64,000 bases of DNA from Spirochaetia bacterium (lineage in GTDB: Bacteria > Spirochaetota > Spirochaetia > SZUA-6 > Bin103). The DNA is taken from contig CBDATQ010000001.1 in the NCBI GenBank assembly GCA_965199955.1, positions 1,664,001 through 1,728,000 on the forward strand, in the 5' to 3' direction. The position numbers and the translations under genes were made by a program. The notes beneath the pieces were generated by a model that was not told where the DNA came from, ran no database searches, and worked only from the letters and a program-made list of their open reading frames with translations. The stretch's first letter is position 1; each line of letters begins with the position of its first letter. Below are positions 8,791 to 18,647 of this stretch, piece by piece.

Positions 8791-10908
8791 ATGTCGGCCG
8801 AGCAGGTCGATTGCCGGCAGGGCAACCGGCGGACCGCCGATCTGCTCCGCGAACACGGCGGCAGGACCAGTCAGGAACTGACGGAGAGTCGGCCCGCGGA
8901 TGGGATCGACGTGCAGAGCCTGGACCCGGCGGGCGCCGAGGGCGCGCTGGTCCGGGCCGCGCTGGCCGGGGACGATGCGCAGGTGGACGCGATCCTGGAT
9001 CGATTTCCGGAGGTGCGCCGGGACTCCCCGGCGTGCGCGCTGGTGCTGGCCGACCCGGATGCGACGGAACGGCTGAGCGCCGCGAACGTGAACACGGCGG
9101 TCGCCCCGACCGGCTGGCCGCCGCTGCTCACGCTGTGCAGCTCACGCTATCGCACCGGCGACGCGCCGGTCGCCGCGTCGCGCCTGGACGTGGCGGCGAA
9201 GCTGCTGCAACTGGGGGCCGATCCCAACGCCGGTACGCGTGAAGCCGAAACCGTTCGCGGCTACCGCACCGTCCTCGGCGCCGCGATCGGCCGCGCTCGC
9301 AGCGCACCGTTGGTTCGCATGCTGCTGGCGTCGGGAGCCGATGCCGTCGACGGCCCGGCGCTCTACGATGGCTGCGCCATGTGGGAGGCCCTGCGTCTCC
9401 GCGACCGGGACAGTCTGGAAGCGCTGCTCGCCGCGGATCCGCCGCAATGGCACCTCTGCCACGCCCTGCCGGAGAGCCTGCACTACGGCGACGCCGCGCT
9501 GACGCGCCGGCTGTTGGAAGCCGGCGGCGATCCCAACTGGACCATGGGCACGTGGGGATTCGGCGGCACCTGTCTGCACGAGGCGGTGGTGCTCGATGCC
9601 CGGAGGAGCGTCGTTGAAGCGCTGCTCGACCACGGTGCTCAGGTCGCCTCCCGCGACCGGTACGGGCGGACTCCGCTCGCGCTTGCCGTCTGTCTCAACC
9701 GGGACTCGCTGGCACGGTCGCTGCGCGAGCGCGGCGCGCAGGAGGGTGACGTGCGGGAGGTCGACCGCTGGGTCGGCGCCTGCTTCGCGCATGACCGCAA
9801 GCGGGCCGAGCGGATGCTCGCGCCGGGCGCCATGTCGCTGCGGCCGGCGGATCACCTGTGGGTCTGTCGGGCCGCCCGCGGCGCGGATACTCAGGCGGTC
9901 GCGCTGCTGCTGTCCGGCGGGGCCGACCCCTGCGCAGTCGATGATGACGGGCAGACGGCGCTCCACTTGGCCGCGTCAGCAGCCGATGTCGAGGCGTGCC
10001 GGTCGCTGCTCGCCAGCGGCTCCGACCCGGAGGCGTTGAACTACGCGGGTCAGACCGCGCTGGCCTGCGCGCTGGGAGTCGAAGACCGCATCCCGCGGGA
10101 CGCGCTGGGGGCGTTGCTGGGTGGCACCGCGCCGAGCGCGGACACGGCTCCGTTCGACGCCCCGGCGTTCGCCGCGACATTCGAACGCGCCGCCGACGCC
10201 GTCGTCAACGGCGACGTGGATGGCCTGTGTGCGCTCCTGAACGAGCATCCTGAGTTGGCCACGGCGCGCTCACCCCGGCCGCACCGCTGCACGCTGCTCC
10301 ATTACCTGGCCGCCAACGGAGTGGAGGGCGAACGCCAGAAGACGCCGGCCAATGCGGTCGAGGTGATCGACGTGCTGATCGGCGCCGGCAGCGATCCCAA
10401 CGCGAGCTGCTACACCTACCGAGGCGGTCCCGACGAGACTACCGCGGGGCTTCTGGCCGGCAGCGCACCGCCGCGGGACGCCGGGCTGACGCTGCCGATG
10501 CTCGCGGCGCTGGCGCGTGGCGGCGCGCGGCTGGATGAAGCGTATACGCTGCTGGTACGGCTGTTTGCGGCGCTACACGCCGGCGGTGCCGCCGACGCCG
10601 CGGCGGTCGTCGACCCGTCGTCCGGGGTTGCCGGCCACGCGCTGGTGGAAAGCGTCACGCTCGGCGAGACTGCGATCGTGCGGACGCTCCTGGACGCCGG
10701 CGCGGACGTCGACAGCCGGCGCGGCGACGGCGCGACCGCGTTGCATCAGGCCGCCTTCGACGGGAACGCCGAGGTGGTCGAGGAACTGCTTGCGCGAGGC
10801 GCAGACCTCAGCCTGCGGGACGATGTGTTCGATGGCACGCCGGCCGGCTGGGCACAGGCCGGAGGGCACGAGGACCTCGGCAAGAGCCTTGCCGCGCGGG
10901 CGGGATGA
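8791..10908 (+). CDS. Large ankyrin-repeat protein (start uncertain; GTG 8911 possible)
   Basis: GTCLHEAV, GRTPLALAV, GQTALHLAA, CTLLHYLAANG, GATALHQAAFDG. Confidence 0.88.
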   Translation: MSAEQVDCRQGNRRTADLLREHGGRTSQELTESRPADGIDVQSLDPAGAEGALVRAALAGDDAQVDAILDRFPEVRRDSPACALVLADPDATERLSAANVNTAVAPTGWPPLLTLCSSRYRTGDAPVAASRLDVAAKLLQLGADPNAGTREAETVRGYRTVLGAAIGRARSAPLVRMLLASGADAVDGPALYDGCAMWEALRLRDRDSLEALLAADPPQWHLCHALPESLHYGDAALTRRLLEAGGDPNWTMGTWGFGGTCLHEAVVLDARRSVVEALLDHGAQVASRDRYGRTPLALAVCLNRDSLARSLRERGAQEGDVREVDRWVGACFAHDRKRAERMLAPGAMSLRPADHLWVCRAARGADTQAVALLLSGGADPCAVDDDGQTALHLAASAADVEACRSLLASGSDPEALNYAGQTALACALGVEDRIPRDALGALLGGTAPSADTAPFDAPAFAATFERAADAVVNGDVDGLCALLNEHPELATARSPRPHRCTLLHYLAANGVEGERQKTPANAVEVIDVLIGAGSDPNASCYTYRGGPDETTAGLLAGSAPPRDAGLTLPMLAALARGGARLDEAYTLLVRLFAALHAGGAADAAAVVDPSSGVAGHALVESVTLGETAIVRTLLDAGADVDSRRGDGATALHQAAFDGNAEVVEELLARGADLSLRDDVFDGTPAGWAQAGGHEDLGKSLAARAG

Positions 10909-10952
10909 CACTGGCGGTCGGTTGCTCGCGGTCCGCGCCGGGGCGCTTCGCG

Positions 10953-11366
10953 TCAGCCGGTGTGGTGGTTGATCATCCAGTTGATGCCGAACTTGTCCGC
11001 GCAGGTGCCGAAGTAGGCGCCCCAGAACTGGTCCTGCATCGGCATGGTCGCCTGGCCGCCGTCGGACAGCTTGGCGAACAGTGAATCCGCTTCCTCCTTG
11101 CTGTCCGGGGCGATCGACAGCGAGAAGTTGTTGCCGGTCATCAGCGGCGGGCCGAACGAGGCGCTGTCACTGCCCATCAGCACGCCGCCGCCGATCGGCA
11201 ACGACACGTGCATGATCAGGTCCCGCTCCGCCTCCGGAACCTCCATGTCGGGCGGCCCGTCGCCGAAGCTCTGCATGTCCGTGAAATCGCCTCCGAACAC
11301 GGAGCGGTAGAACTCGAAGGCCTGTCGGCAGTTGTCCTTGAACGTGAGGTAGGTGTTGATGTTCAT
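10953..11366 (-). CDS. VOC/glyoxalase superfamily protein, PhnB-like
   Basis: YLTFKDNCRQAFEFYRSVFGG..IMHVSL..MPMQDQFWGAYFG..DKFGINWMI. Confidence 0.9.
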   Translation of the reverse strand: MNINTYLTFKDNCRQAFEFYRSVFGGDFTDMQSFGDGPPDMEVPEAERDLIMHVSLPIGGGVLMGSDSASFGPPLMTGNNFSLSIAPDSKEEADSLFAKLSDGGQATMPMQDQFWGAYFGTCADKFGINWMINHHTG

Positions 11367-11445
11367 CGCGCCAGGAAGGTACGGCCGTGCCCGCCGCACG
11401 CAAAGACACCGCGTTCTCGGTCATTCCCGTGCGGACGGCGTGCGC

Positions 11446-12399
11446 CTATCCCTCCCTGGCCAGGACGAAGTAGTGGCCGGGGTTCCACGCCTGGCAGATC
11501 AGGTAGACCTGACCGTCGCGCTCGTACCAGACGGTGTTGTGGATGTGGTCGGCCAGCTCGACGCCCAGGTCCTCCTTGGGACGGATGGTCGACGCCACCT
11601 CGTAGGTGTGGCCGTCCAGGACGTAGATCGGCGCGGGCCGCCCCTCCTGCGGGTCGTCCAGGCTGCCGACCACGGCGTACCAGCCGTCGCCGTGCTGCTT
11701 GAAGTCGATCCCGCACGGCTTGGAGCCGTCGGGGATGGTGTGCGAGGAGTGGAAGTGGCCGTCCAGCCCCATGAGCTGGAAGCGGGAGTGCGGGCGGTCG
11801 GCGATCGACAGGTGATGGCCGTCGGGGGCGGGTGCCAGGCCGTGCGCGGTCCCGAACAGGCCGGGCGCGTGCGGATCCTCGGTCTTGCCGCCGAACAGGC
11901 CGGTGTAGCGGTGCGTCGACGGATCGACGGAGGAGATGTAGTTGGCGCCGTAGCCGTCCGACACGTACAGCGTGCCGTCGGCGAAGGCGGTGTCGGTCGG
12001 CTTGAACTCGAGTTGCTCGTCGCGGTACTCGTCGAACTCCGGCCGCGACAGGATGAAGTCGACCTTGCCGTCGAGCCCGACGACGGCCACCTGGGCGTCG
12101 TTGTTGGCCGGCAGCACCAGCCGCCGCTTGCCGTCGAACTCGATGATCTTGGTGCTGTGAAAATTGATGGGCTTGAGATCCGACGGCAGCTCGATGATGT
12201 CCTGCGCGGTCAGGTCGGCGCTGATGCGCATGATGCCGCAGCCCGGCATCCCGTAGTAGATATAGCCGGAGGCGGCCGTGTCGTCGGCGAAGCCGCCGTG
12301 CAGGTCGACCTCGTGCGGCCGCGCCCGCTCCGGCAGGGTGTACAGGTCGTCGCAGAGTGAGAACCGGAACGGCTCCTGGCCGCTCGTCTTCTTCGCCAT
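11446..12399 (-). CDS. NHL-repeat six-bladed beta-propeller protein (PAL-like)
   Basis: KPTDTAF..LYVSDGYGANYI, FGTAHGL, IADRPHSRFQ, terminal WNPG; GGAG RBS. Confidence 0.7.
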   Translation of the reverse strand: MAKKTSGQEPFRFSLCDDLYTLPERARPHEVDLHGGFADDTAASGYIYYGMPGCGIMRISADLTAQDIIELPSDLKPINFHSTKIIEFDGKRRLVLPANNDAQVAVVGLDGKVDFILSRPEFDEYRDEQLEFKPTDTAFADGTLYVSDGYGANYISSVDPSTHRYTGLFGGKTEDPHAPGLFGTAHGLAPAPDGHHLSIADRPHSRFQLMGLDGHFHSSHTIPDGSKPCGIDFKQHGDGWYAVVGSLDDPQEGRPAPIYVLDGHTYEVASTIRPKEDLGVELADHIHNTVWYERDGQVYLICQAWNPGHYFVLAREG

Positions 12400-12527
12400 G
12401 GATGTCTCCTCCGTGTGGTGCGTCTGTTCTGGAGCCTACACCACCGCGGCTCGGGCCGACAGCTCGTTGCCGCGCTCTGAGTCGCCGGCTCGTTGACGGG
12501 CGCGGCGCCTCCGACCACCATCGGCGC

Positions 12528-13382
12528 ATGGTCACCGACCACGACATCTACTTCTTCGACCTGCGCGGCTACGTGCACCTGGAGGGGGCGCTCACCCCCG
12601 CCGAGGTACAGGCGTGCAACGAGGGACTGGACGCCATCCCGCCGCTGGCGGACCGCGAGTGGCATGGGTACGTGCAGGCCCACAACTTCGGCGACCATGA
12701 CGGCACCAATTACCAGCAGATCTACGAGGCGGGGGAGGCCTTCGAGGAGCTGATCGACCACCCAGCCTGGTTCGACAAGGTACGCTACTTCATCGGCTCC
12801 GAAGCCTCCTTCGACGAGCAGCACGGCCCGCTGCTCATAGACGAGGCGTTCGCCAACGTCCGCACCGCCGGCCAGAGCATCGGCGTGCACAACGGCGGCC
12901 ACCTGGGAATCAGCCGCTGCCAGTTCCGCTATCACGCCGGCCGCTTCCACTGCAATCAGATCAACGTGCTGGTCGCCCTCACCGACATCGGCCCGGGGGA
13001 CGGCGGCACCGTGCTGATCCCGGGCTCGCACAAGTCCAACTTCGAGCACCCGTCGTTCCAGCGCTTCTGCATGGGAGACGTGCGCCCCGACGCGGCGCTG
13101 ATCGAGGGGGCGGTGGAGATCCACATGCGCGCGGGCGACGCGCTGCTGTTCGTCGACTGCTGCACGCACGGCTCGGCCCGGCGCCGCAACGGCGGCCAGC
13201 GGCGGGTGGTGATCTACCGGTACGGTCCGTCGTGGGGCCGGCTCCGCCATGCGTACCAGCCGTCGCCGGAGCTGCTGGCCCGGCTGACGCCGCACCGCCG
13301 CTCCATCGTCGCGCCGGCCGCAGAGCGCAGACTCTCGCCCGATCCGAAGCCGGCCGCACAGATGCAGGAGGTTGCGAGATGA
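12528..13382 (+). CDS. Phytanoyl-CoA dioxygenase (PhyH) family Fe/2OG oxygenase
   Basis: YFFDLRGYVHL, VALTDIGPGDGGTVLIPGSHK, AGDALLF..HGS. Confidence 0.88.
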   Translation: MVTDHDIYFFDLRGYVHLEGALTPAEVQACNEGLDAIPPLADREWHGYVQAHNFGDHDGTNYQQIYEAGEAFEELIDHPAWFDKVRYFIGSEASFDEQHGPLLIDEAFANVRTAGQSIGVHNGGHLGISRCQFRYHAGRFHCNQINVLVALTDIGPGDGGTVLIPGSHKSNFEHPSFQRFCMGDVRPDAALIEGAVEIHMRAGDALLFVDCCTHGSARRRNGGQRRVVIYRYGPSWGRLRHAYQPSPELLARLTPHRRSIVAPAAERRLSPDPKPAAQMQEVAR

Positions 13383-14668
13383 GCGATCCCACGATCCGAC
13401 CGAGCCCCGGGGACACGTCGTGGTTCGTGCACGACCGGTTCGGGATGTTCATCCACTGGGGGCTTTACGCGCTGCCGGCGCGGCACGAATGGGTGAAGAA
13501 CAAGGAGGAGATCCCGGACGAGGATTACCAGCGCTACTTCGACCGCTTCGATCCCGATCTCTACGACCCCGCCGTCTGGGCCGATGCCGCCGCCGGCGCC
13601 GGAATGCGCTACTTCGTGGTCACCACCAAGCACCACGAGGGCTTCTGCCTGTGGGACAGCGCGCTCACCGACTACAAGGCGACGCGCACGCCGCACGGCA
13701 AGGACCTGCTGCATCCCATGGTCGACGCGTTCCGCGCGCGCGGGATGCGGGTGGGCTTCTACCACTCGCTGATCGACTGGCACCACCCGGATTTCGTGAT
13801 CGACGACGTCCACTCGCAGCGCAACCACCCGGAGCGCGAGGCCATGAACCGCACGCGCGATCAGAGCCGCTACATCGAGTACCTGCACGGCCAGGTGCGC
13901 GAGCTGCTCACGGGGTTCGGCCGCGTCGACGTGCTGTGGTGCGACTTCAGCTATCCCGACCGCGGCAAGGGGCGGGACGAGTGGGACAGCCCGCGGCTCT
14001 ACCGCACCATCCGCGAGCTGCAGCCGCAGGTCCTGCTCAACGACCGCATGGACCTGGACGACGGCTGGGACATCAAGACGCCCGAGCAGTGGCAGCCGCA
14101 AGGCTGGATCGAGGTGGACGGCATGCCGGTCACCTGGGAGGCGTGCCAGACCTTCTCCGGCTCCTGGGGCTACCACCGTGACGAGTCCTCCTGGAAGAGC
14201 GTCGGCCAGTTGATCCGCATGCTGTCCGACACCGTCAGCAAGGGCGGCAACCTGCTGCTCAACGTCGGCCCGACCGGCCGCGGCGAGCTGGACCATCGCG
14301 CGCTGGAGCGCCTGCGCGGCATGGGCGAGTGGATGAGCCGCCACGGGCGGTCGATCTACGGCTGCACGCAGGCGCCAGCGGAGTTCGCGGTCCCGCAGGA
14401 CTGCCGGCTCACCTGGAACCCGGACACCCGCCGGCTGTACGTGCACGTGTTCGCGTGGCCGTTCCGGCAGCTTCACCTGCGCGGCTATCGTGGCAGGGTG
14501 GCCTACGCGCAGTTGCTGAACGACGCGTCGGAGGTGGCGATCGCCGCCATGTCCGAGCACCAGGCGCGGATGGAGCACGCCGGCGCGGACGACCTGATCC
14601 TGGAGCTGCCGGTGCTGCAGCCGCCGGCCGAGGTGCCGGTGATCGAGCTCTTCCTGACCGGCGAGTAA
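13379..14668 (+). CDS. Alpha-L-fucosidase (GH29)
   Basis: RFGMFIHWGLY, TTKHHEGFCLW, YHSLIDWHHP, GGNLLLNVGPTGRG; ATGA overlap with PhyH. Confidence 0.95.
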   Translation: MSDPTIRPSPGDTSWFVHDRFGMFIHWGLYALPARHEWVKNKEEIPDEDYQRYFDRFDPDLYDPAVWADAAAGAGMRYFVVTTKHHEGFCLWDSALTDYKATRTPHGKDLLHPMVDAFRARGMRVGFYHSLIDWHHPDFVIDDVHSQRNHPEREAMNRTRDQSRYIEYLHGQVRELLTGFGRVDVLWCDFSYPDRGKGRDEWDSPRLYRTIRELQPQVLLNDRMDLDDGWDIKTPEQWQPQGWIEVDGMPVTWEACQTFSGSWGYHRDESSWKSVGQLIRMLSDTVSKGGNLLLNVGPTGRGELDHRALERLRGMGEWMSRHGRSIYGCTQAPAEFAVPQDCRLTWNPDTRRLYVHVFAWPFRQLHLRGYRGRVAYAQLLNDASEVAIAAMSEHQARMEHAGADDLILELPVLQPPAEVPVIELFLTGE

Positions 14669-14672
14669 TCGG

Positions 14673-16046
14673 GTGCGCCGCCTGCTCATCCTGGCCGGGG
14701 GCGCCGGGATCGTCGTTCTGGTCGGCGCCTACCTGCTGCTGGCGAACCGGCCGGAGCCGGAGTACTCCGGTCCGGTCGCCTCCGACCGCCAGCAGCTCTC
14801 CGATGTCGACGAGGACCTGGTCGTGGCGATGGAGCTTGCCCCGCGCGGGGGCGAGACGCTCCTTCTGGAGCGCGAAGGCGCCGTCTGGCTGGTCCGCGAG
14901 CCGTATCCGTTCCGCTGGGACTGGCCGCGCCTGCAGGAGCTGCGCGCCAGCTTCGCCAGCCTGTTCGCACAGCGGCTGGTGGTCGAGGATCCCGAGGACC
15001 GCGCTCAATACGGCCTGGACCCGCCGGCGGTGGTGGCGAGCGCGCGGCTGGAGTCGGGTGAGACCTTCGAGTTCCACTTGGGTAACCGCACCTCCTCGGG
15101 CGAAGCCTATTTCCTGAGCTCGCGCGACGACCGCGCGGTGTTCACCGTGCACGCCGTGCACGGCAAGCGCTTCTCGTGGACGGTGGCCGACCTGCGCGAC
15201 CAGACCGTGCCGGCGCTGACCGCGGACCGGGTCAACCGCATCTGGTTCCGCGACGGCGACGACGAGATCGAGCTGGTCGCAGTGGGCGAGCAGGCGCGCT
15301 ACGCGCACATGGGCAGCGCACAGGTGATGCGCATCCCGTACCTGGCCCCGGCCGACGGGGAGCGGTTCGCGTCGATCGCGCGCCGGGTGGCGGAAATGAC
15401 CATCAGCGACGCCGTCGCCGACAGTCCGAGCGGTTACGCGGAGTTCGGCCTGGATCCCCCGCGCGGCGAGCTGCGGGTACGCGACTTCGAGGACGAGTTG
15501 CACCTGCTGCTCGGCGCCACCGTCGACGGGCAGGTCTACGTCAGGATGCCCGCCGCCAGAGGCGTGCACACGGTCCCGGCCGCCGCGCTCGACTTCCTCT
15601 CGCTGACTCCGTTCGAGCTGTCGGAACCGCGCGTGCTCAACGTCCCGGTCGAGCGCGTGAACTCGATCCAGTTCCGGATCGGCGGCGAGCGCGAGCACCG
15701 GATCGACCTGCGGCGCACCACGGACGACCTTGGCGCCGAGCAGGTCACCCTGGCGGTCGATGGCCGGCCCCTCGACCAGGACGCCTTCACGCTGCTCACC
15801 GAGGAGATCGCCAACCTGGCCGTGGACGCGCCCGCCCCGGGCGGGCGGGACGCTGCGGGCGGAGATCCGCTGCTGACCATCGCGTATCACCTGCGCGGCG
15901 GCGGCCGGTACACGCTGGAGGCGCGGTTTCTCCCCTATGACCAGGACTTCAATCTGTTCGTGATGGACGACAGCATCGACCTGCTGGTCGACAGCCGCGC
16001 GGTCGCCGCGCTGCTGGAGCGGATCGAGACGACGATTGCCGACTGA
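14673..16046 (+). CDS. DUF4340-domain protein with N-terminal anchor
   Basis: N-terminal TM, repeated YGLDPP/FGLDPP motif followed by LG..YV/YF segments. Confidence 0.75.
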   Translation: MRRLLILAGGAGIVVLVGAYLLLANRPEPEYSGPVASDRQQLSDVDEDLVVAMELAPRGGETLLLEREGAVWLVREPYPFRWDWPRLQELRASFASLFAQRLVVEDPEDRAQYGLDPPAVVASARLESGETFEFHLGNRTSSGEAYFLSSRDDRAVFTVHAVHGKRFSWTVADLRDQTVPALTADRVNRIWFRDGDDEIELVAVGEQARYAHMGSAQVMRIPYLAPADGERFASIARRVAEMTISDAVADSPSGYAEFGLDPPRGELRVRDFEDELHLLLGATVDGQVYVRMPAARGVHTVPAAALDFLSLTPFELSEPRVLNVPVERVNSIQFRIGGEREHRIDLRRTTDDLGAEQVTLAVDGRPLDQDAFTLLTEEIANLAVDAPAPGGRDAAGGDPLLTIAYHLRGGGRYTLEARFLPYDQDFNLFVMDDSIDLLVDSRAVAALLERIETTIAD

Positions 16047-16695
16047 CGCGCCGCCGGTGGTCCGTTACCGCCGCTCGTACCTGGAGGCGCAGGCGCGGCG
16101 CGCGCTGCACGGCCCCGCGGTCCGGGCGCTGGCGCTGCTCCTGTGGCTGACCTCCGCGGCGGCAAGCACCTACCTGCTCATGCAGGCGGTCAACCACCTG
16201 GAATGGGTGCGCGACTACTCCATGAAGGTGATCGTCGTGTCGTTTGCGACCGCGTTCCAGAATCGCTTTCTGTACGGATTCGTCCTGCCGTTCGCGGCCG
16301 GCGGGACCTGGCTGGCCTCGTTGCTGGTGCTCGCCAAGTACTACGAGGCATACGGCCTGCACACCCGCTGGTGGCGGCCGTGGACGGCCGCCACCCCGTT
16401 CCGGGAGCTGTCGCCGGGCTCGGGCGCCACCGTGCTGATCGGCCGCTTCCTGTTCGTGCTGGGCATCCAGGGCTGCACCGGGATCGCCGTGCTGGCTCTC
16501 CAGACGGTGCTGTTGCGGTCACCCGCAATCGGGTACGGCCCGCTGCTCGCGGCGGCGGCCGCCTGCGCGGCGGTGGGAACGGCGGCGTTCACGGCAGCAT
16601 TCCGGGTGCGCGCCCGGATCGCGACGGCGCTGGCCGTCCGCGAAGCCGCATTCGAGCGCGGCGCCTTCGTCAGCCGACCGCCGGACATCGGCTGA
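16036..16695 (+). CDS. Hypothetical membrane protein (about 4 TM)
   Basis: Hydrophobic segments; overlaps the DUF4340 stop. Confidence 0.6.
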   Translation: MPTDAPPVVRYRRSYLEAQARRALHGPAVRALALLLWLTSAAASTYLLMQAVNHLEWVRDYSMKVIVVSFATAFQNRFLYGFVLPFAAGGTWLASLLVLAKYYEAYGLHTRWWRPWTAATPFRELSPGSGATVLIGRFLFVLGIQGCTGIAVLALQTVLLRSPAIGYGPLLAAAAACAAVGTAAFTAAFRVRARIATALAVREAAFERGAFVSRPPDIG

Positions 16696-16835
16696 CGCCC
16701 TCTACCTCATTCGTCTGACGGACTTGCCGCTCGCGCCGCGCATCCATCAGACTCGTCCTCATCGAAGGCAACGCAGGGCTCAAGGACTACTACCGCCGGC
16801 TGCGCGCGGGCACGGACGAGGAGCGCCGCAAGGTC

Positions 16836-17792
16836 GTGGTCCTGCTGTTCGCGGTGGTCGCCCTGGTGGCGCTGATCGGCGTCTCGATCAGCTCGATCAG
16901 CGGCCTCAGCGCCGATGACGGCGGCGCGGTGCAGATGGTGCTGGTGCCACGGCTCGACTCCACCGCGTCGGAGGTGGCCGGCTTCATCCTGCTGGGCGCG
17001 GCCGTGGTCGCGGGCGGCTTCACCTTCGTCTACCTGCAGGAGCGCCTCCGCCGCCAGGCAGAGGCCGAGCGCGGGCTGCAGCGCACTCGCATCCCGCGCG
17101 CGGTCATCATGTTCATCACCGCCCCGCTGATCGTCGCGGCGCTGTTCGTCGTGTTCCTGTCGGTGGTCGTCGGGACCGGGCAGGACCGGCCGAGCTACGC
17201 GGAGGAGCTCACCGCCAAGATGGAGGAGGTCGACCGGCAGGCCGAGCGCGGCGAGCTGCTGACAGTCGAGGAGTACGAGCGCCAGCGGATCGCGCGCCAG
17301 CGCCGGCCGTTCATCCTGTTCGGGGTCATCGTCGCGCTGTTCGCGGCGGTGGCGGTCTTCGGCGGACGGCTGCTGCGCGAGGCTCCGGAGGCGCTGGAGG
17401 ACTCATCGCCGATCACGGAGGAGTTGCAGCGCGACCTTGCCCACGCCACCGGGCTGGCCATCGACGACATCGCCGCCGAGCCCGATCACCGGCGCGCGGT
17501 GGAGATGTGCTATGCGCGCGTGGGCGACGTGCTCGACGCGCACGGCTTCCCGCACCCTCTGCACCAGACGCCGCTGGAGTACATGCACGGCGTCCTGGAT
17601 GCCGGATCCGGGCTGCCGGGCCGCGAGCTGCTTGACCTCACCGGCCTGTTCGAGGTGGCAAAGTTCTCGACCCACCACATCGGCCCGGACCGGCGCGACC
17701 ACGCGCTCGACCTGCTGCGCTCCATCCACCGCTTCCTGCTCGAACAGTTGGCGCAGGCCGAGAGGGACGAGGCCGAGGCGGGCGCCACCTAG
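16836..17792 (+). CDS. DUF4129-domain membrane protein (frame open back to 16719; start uncertain)
   Basis: TM helices then CYARV..HQTPLEY..LTGLFEVAKFSTHHI. Confidence 0.8.
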   Translation: MVLLFAVVALVALIGVSISSISGLSADDGGAVQMVLVPRLDSTASEVAGFILLGAAVVAGGFTFVYLQERLRRQAEAERGLQRTRIPRAVIMFITAPLIVAALFVVFLSVVVGTGQDRPSYAEELTAKMEEVDRQAERGELLTVEEYERQRIARQRRPFILFGVIVALFAAVAVFGGRLLREAPEALEDSSPITEELQRDLAHATGLAIDDIAAEPDHRRAVEMCYARVGDVLDAHGFPHPLHQTPLEYMHGVLDAGSGLPGRELLDLTGLFEVAKFSTHHIGPDRRDHALDLLRSIHRFLLEQLAQAERDEAEAGAT

Positions 17793-17805
17793 CGAGCCGC
17801 CACCG

Positions 17806-18567
17806 TCAACGGCGCCGCCAGGGCGTCTCGGCGCCCCATTCGGGAAGCGACGGAACGCCGGGTGCGCCGACGCGCACCTCGCCGACGTCGCCGGACAGAA
17901 TCATGCCCTCACGCGATGAGATGGTGACCGTGCCGTCGATGTCGGCGAATCGCTGCCGGCCTTCACCGGCGTGCGCGCGTACGTCGCCGCGGCTGTCGGT
18001 GACGGTGATGTCCCCGGTACCGGCAGCGACGTGCACGTCGCCGGCGACGCGGCGGATCACCAGATCGCCGGCACCCGATACCAGGCGGACATCCGCGGAC
18101 GAGTCGGTGACGACGACCATTCCGCCCGCGGACTCGACATGGACGGCCGCTCGTTCCGTGGTGGTGCCGAGTCCGGTGACCAGCACGTCGCCGGTAGTGG
18201 TGCGGACGTAGACCTCGGCAGCATCAGGCACGGCGAGGGTCAACCGCGGACCCCAGAGGACGGAGTAGCCGGAGACGGGCCGGCCGTTGACCGCAAAGCC
18301 GACGCTCGCGCGGCCTTCTTCGACCGCGATCTGGAGCTCGAAGTCGTTGCGCTCAAGAAACTTGCTCGACACCACCGCGCGCGCCGCGATGCCGTCGGCG
18401 GCGATGCCGTCGACGTCGACGTCCAGGTAGCGGCCCTCGACGACGACCCGCCCGATCGGTCCGGGATGGCGGACCGACTGCTCGACCGCCTTGCCTTCCA
18501 GGAAGCCCGCGGCAAAGCCGAGCGGGGCCGCGCCGACCAGGAGCGCGAGCAGTGCGGGCGAGCGCAT
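17806..18567 (-). CDS. DUF4097 / beta-helix adhesin-like exported protein
   Basis: Signal peptide, repeated T.GDV.V/GDI.V strands; start at ATG 18567 after TACGAT. Confidence 0.75.
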   Translation of the reverse strand: MRSPALLALLVGAAPLGFAAGFLEGKAVEQSVRHPGPIGRVVVEGRYLDVDVDGIAADGIAARAVVSSKFLERNDFELQIAVEEGRASVGFAVNGRPVSGYSVLWGPRLTLAVPDAAEVYVRTTTGDVLVTGLGTTTERAAVHVESAGGMVVVTDSSADVRLVSGAGDLVIRRVAGDVHVAAGTGDITVTDSRGDVRAHAGEGRQRFADIDGTVTISSREGMILSGDVGEVRVGAPGVPSLPEWGAETPWRRR

Positions 18568-18647
18568 GGGACCGGATCGTAGTGCCATCCGGCGGCGTCA
18601 GAAAGCCGCTCCGGTTTGACCGGAGTTGGGCGGCGGTGCTCTAATCC

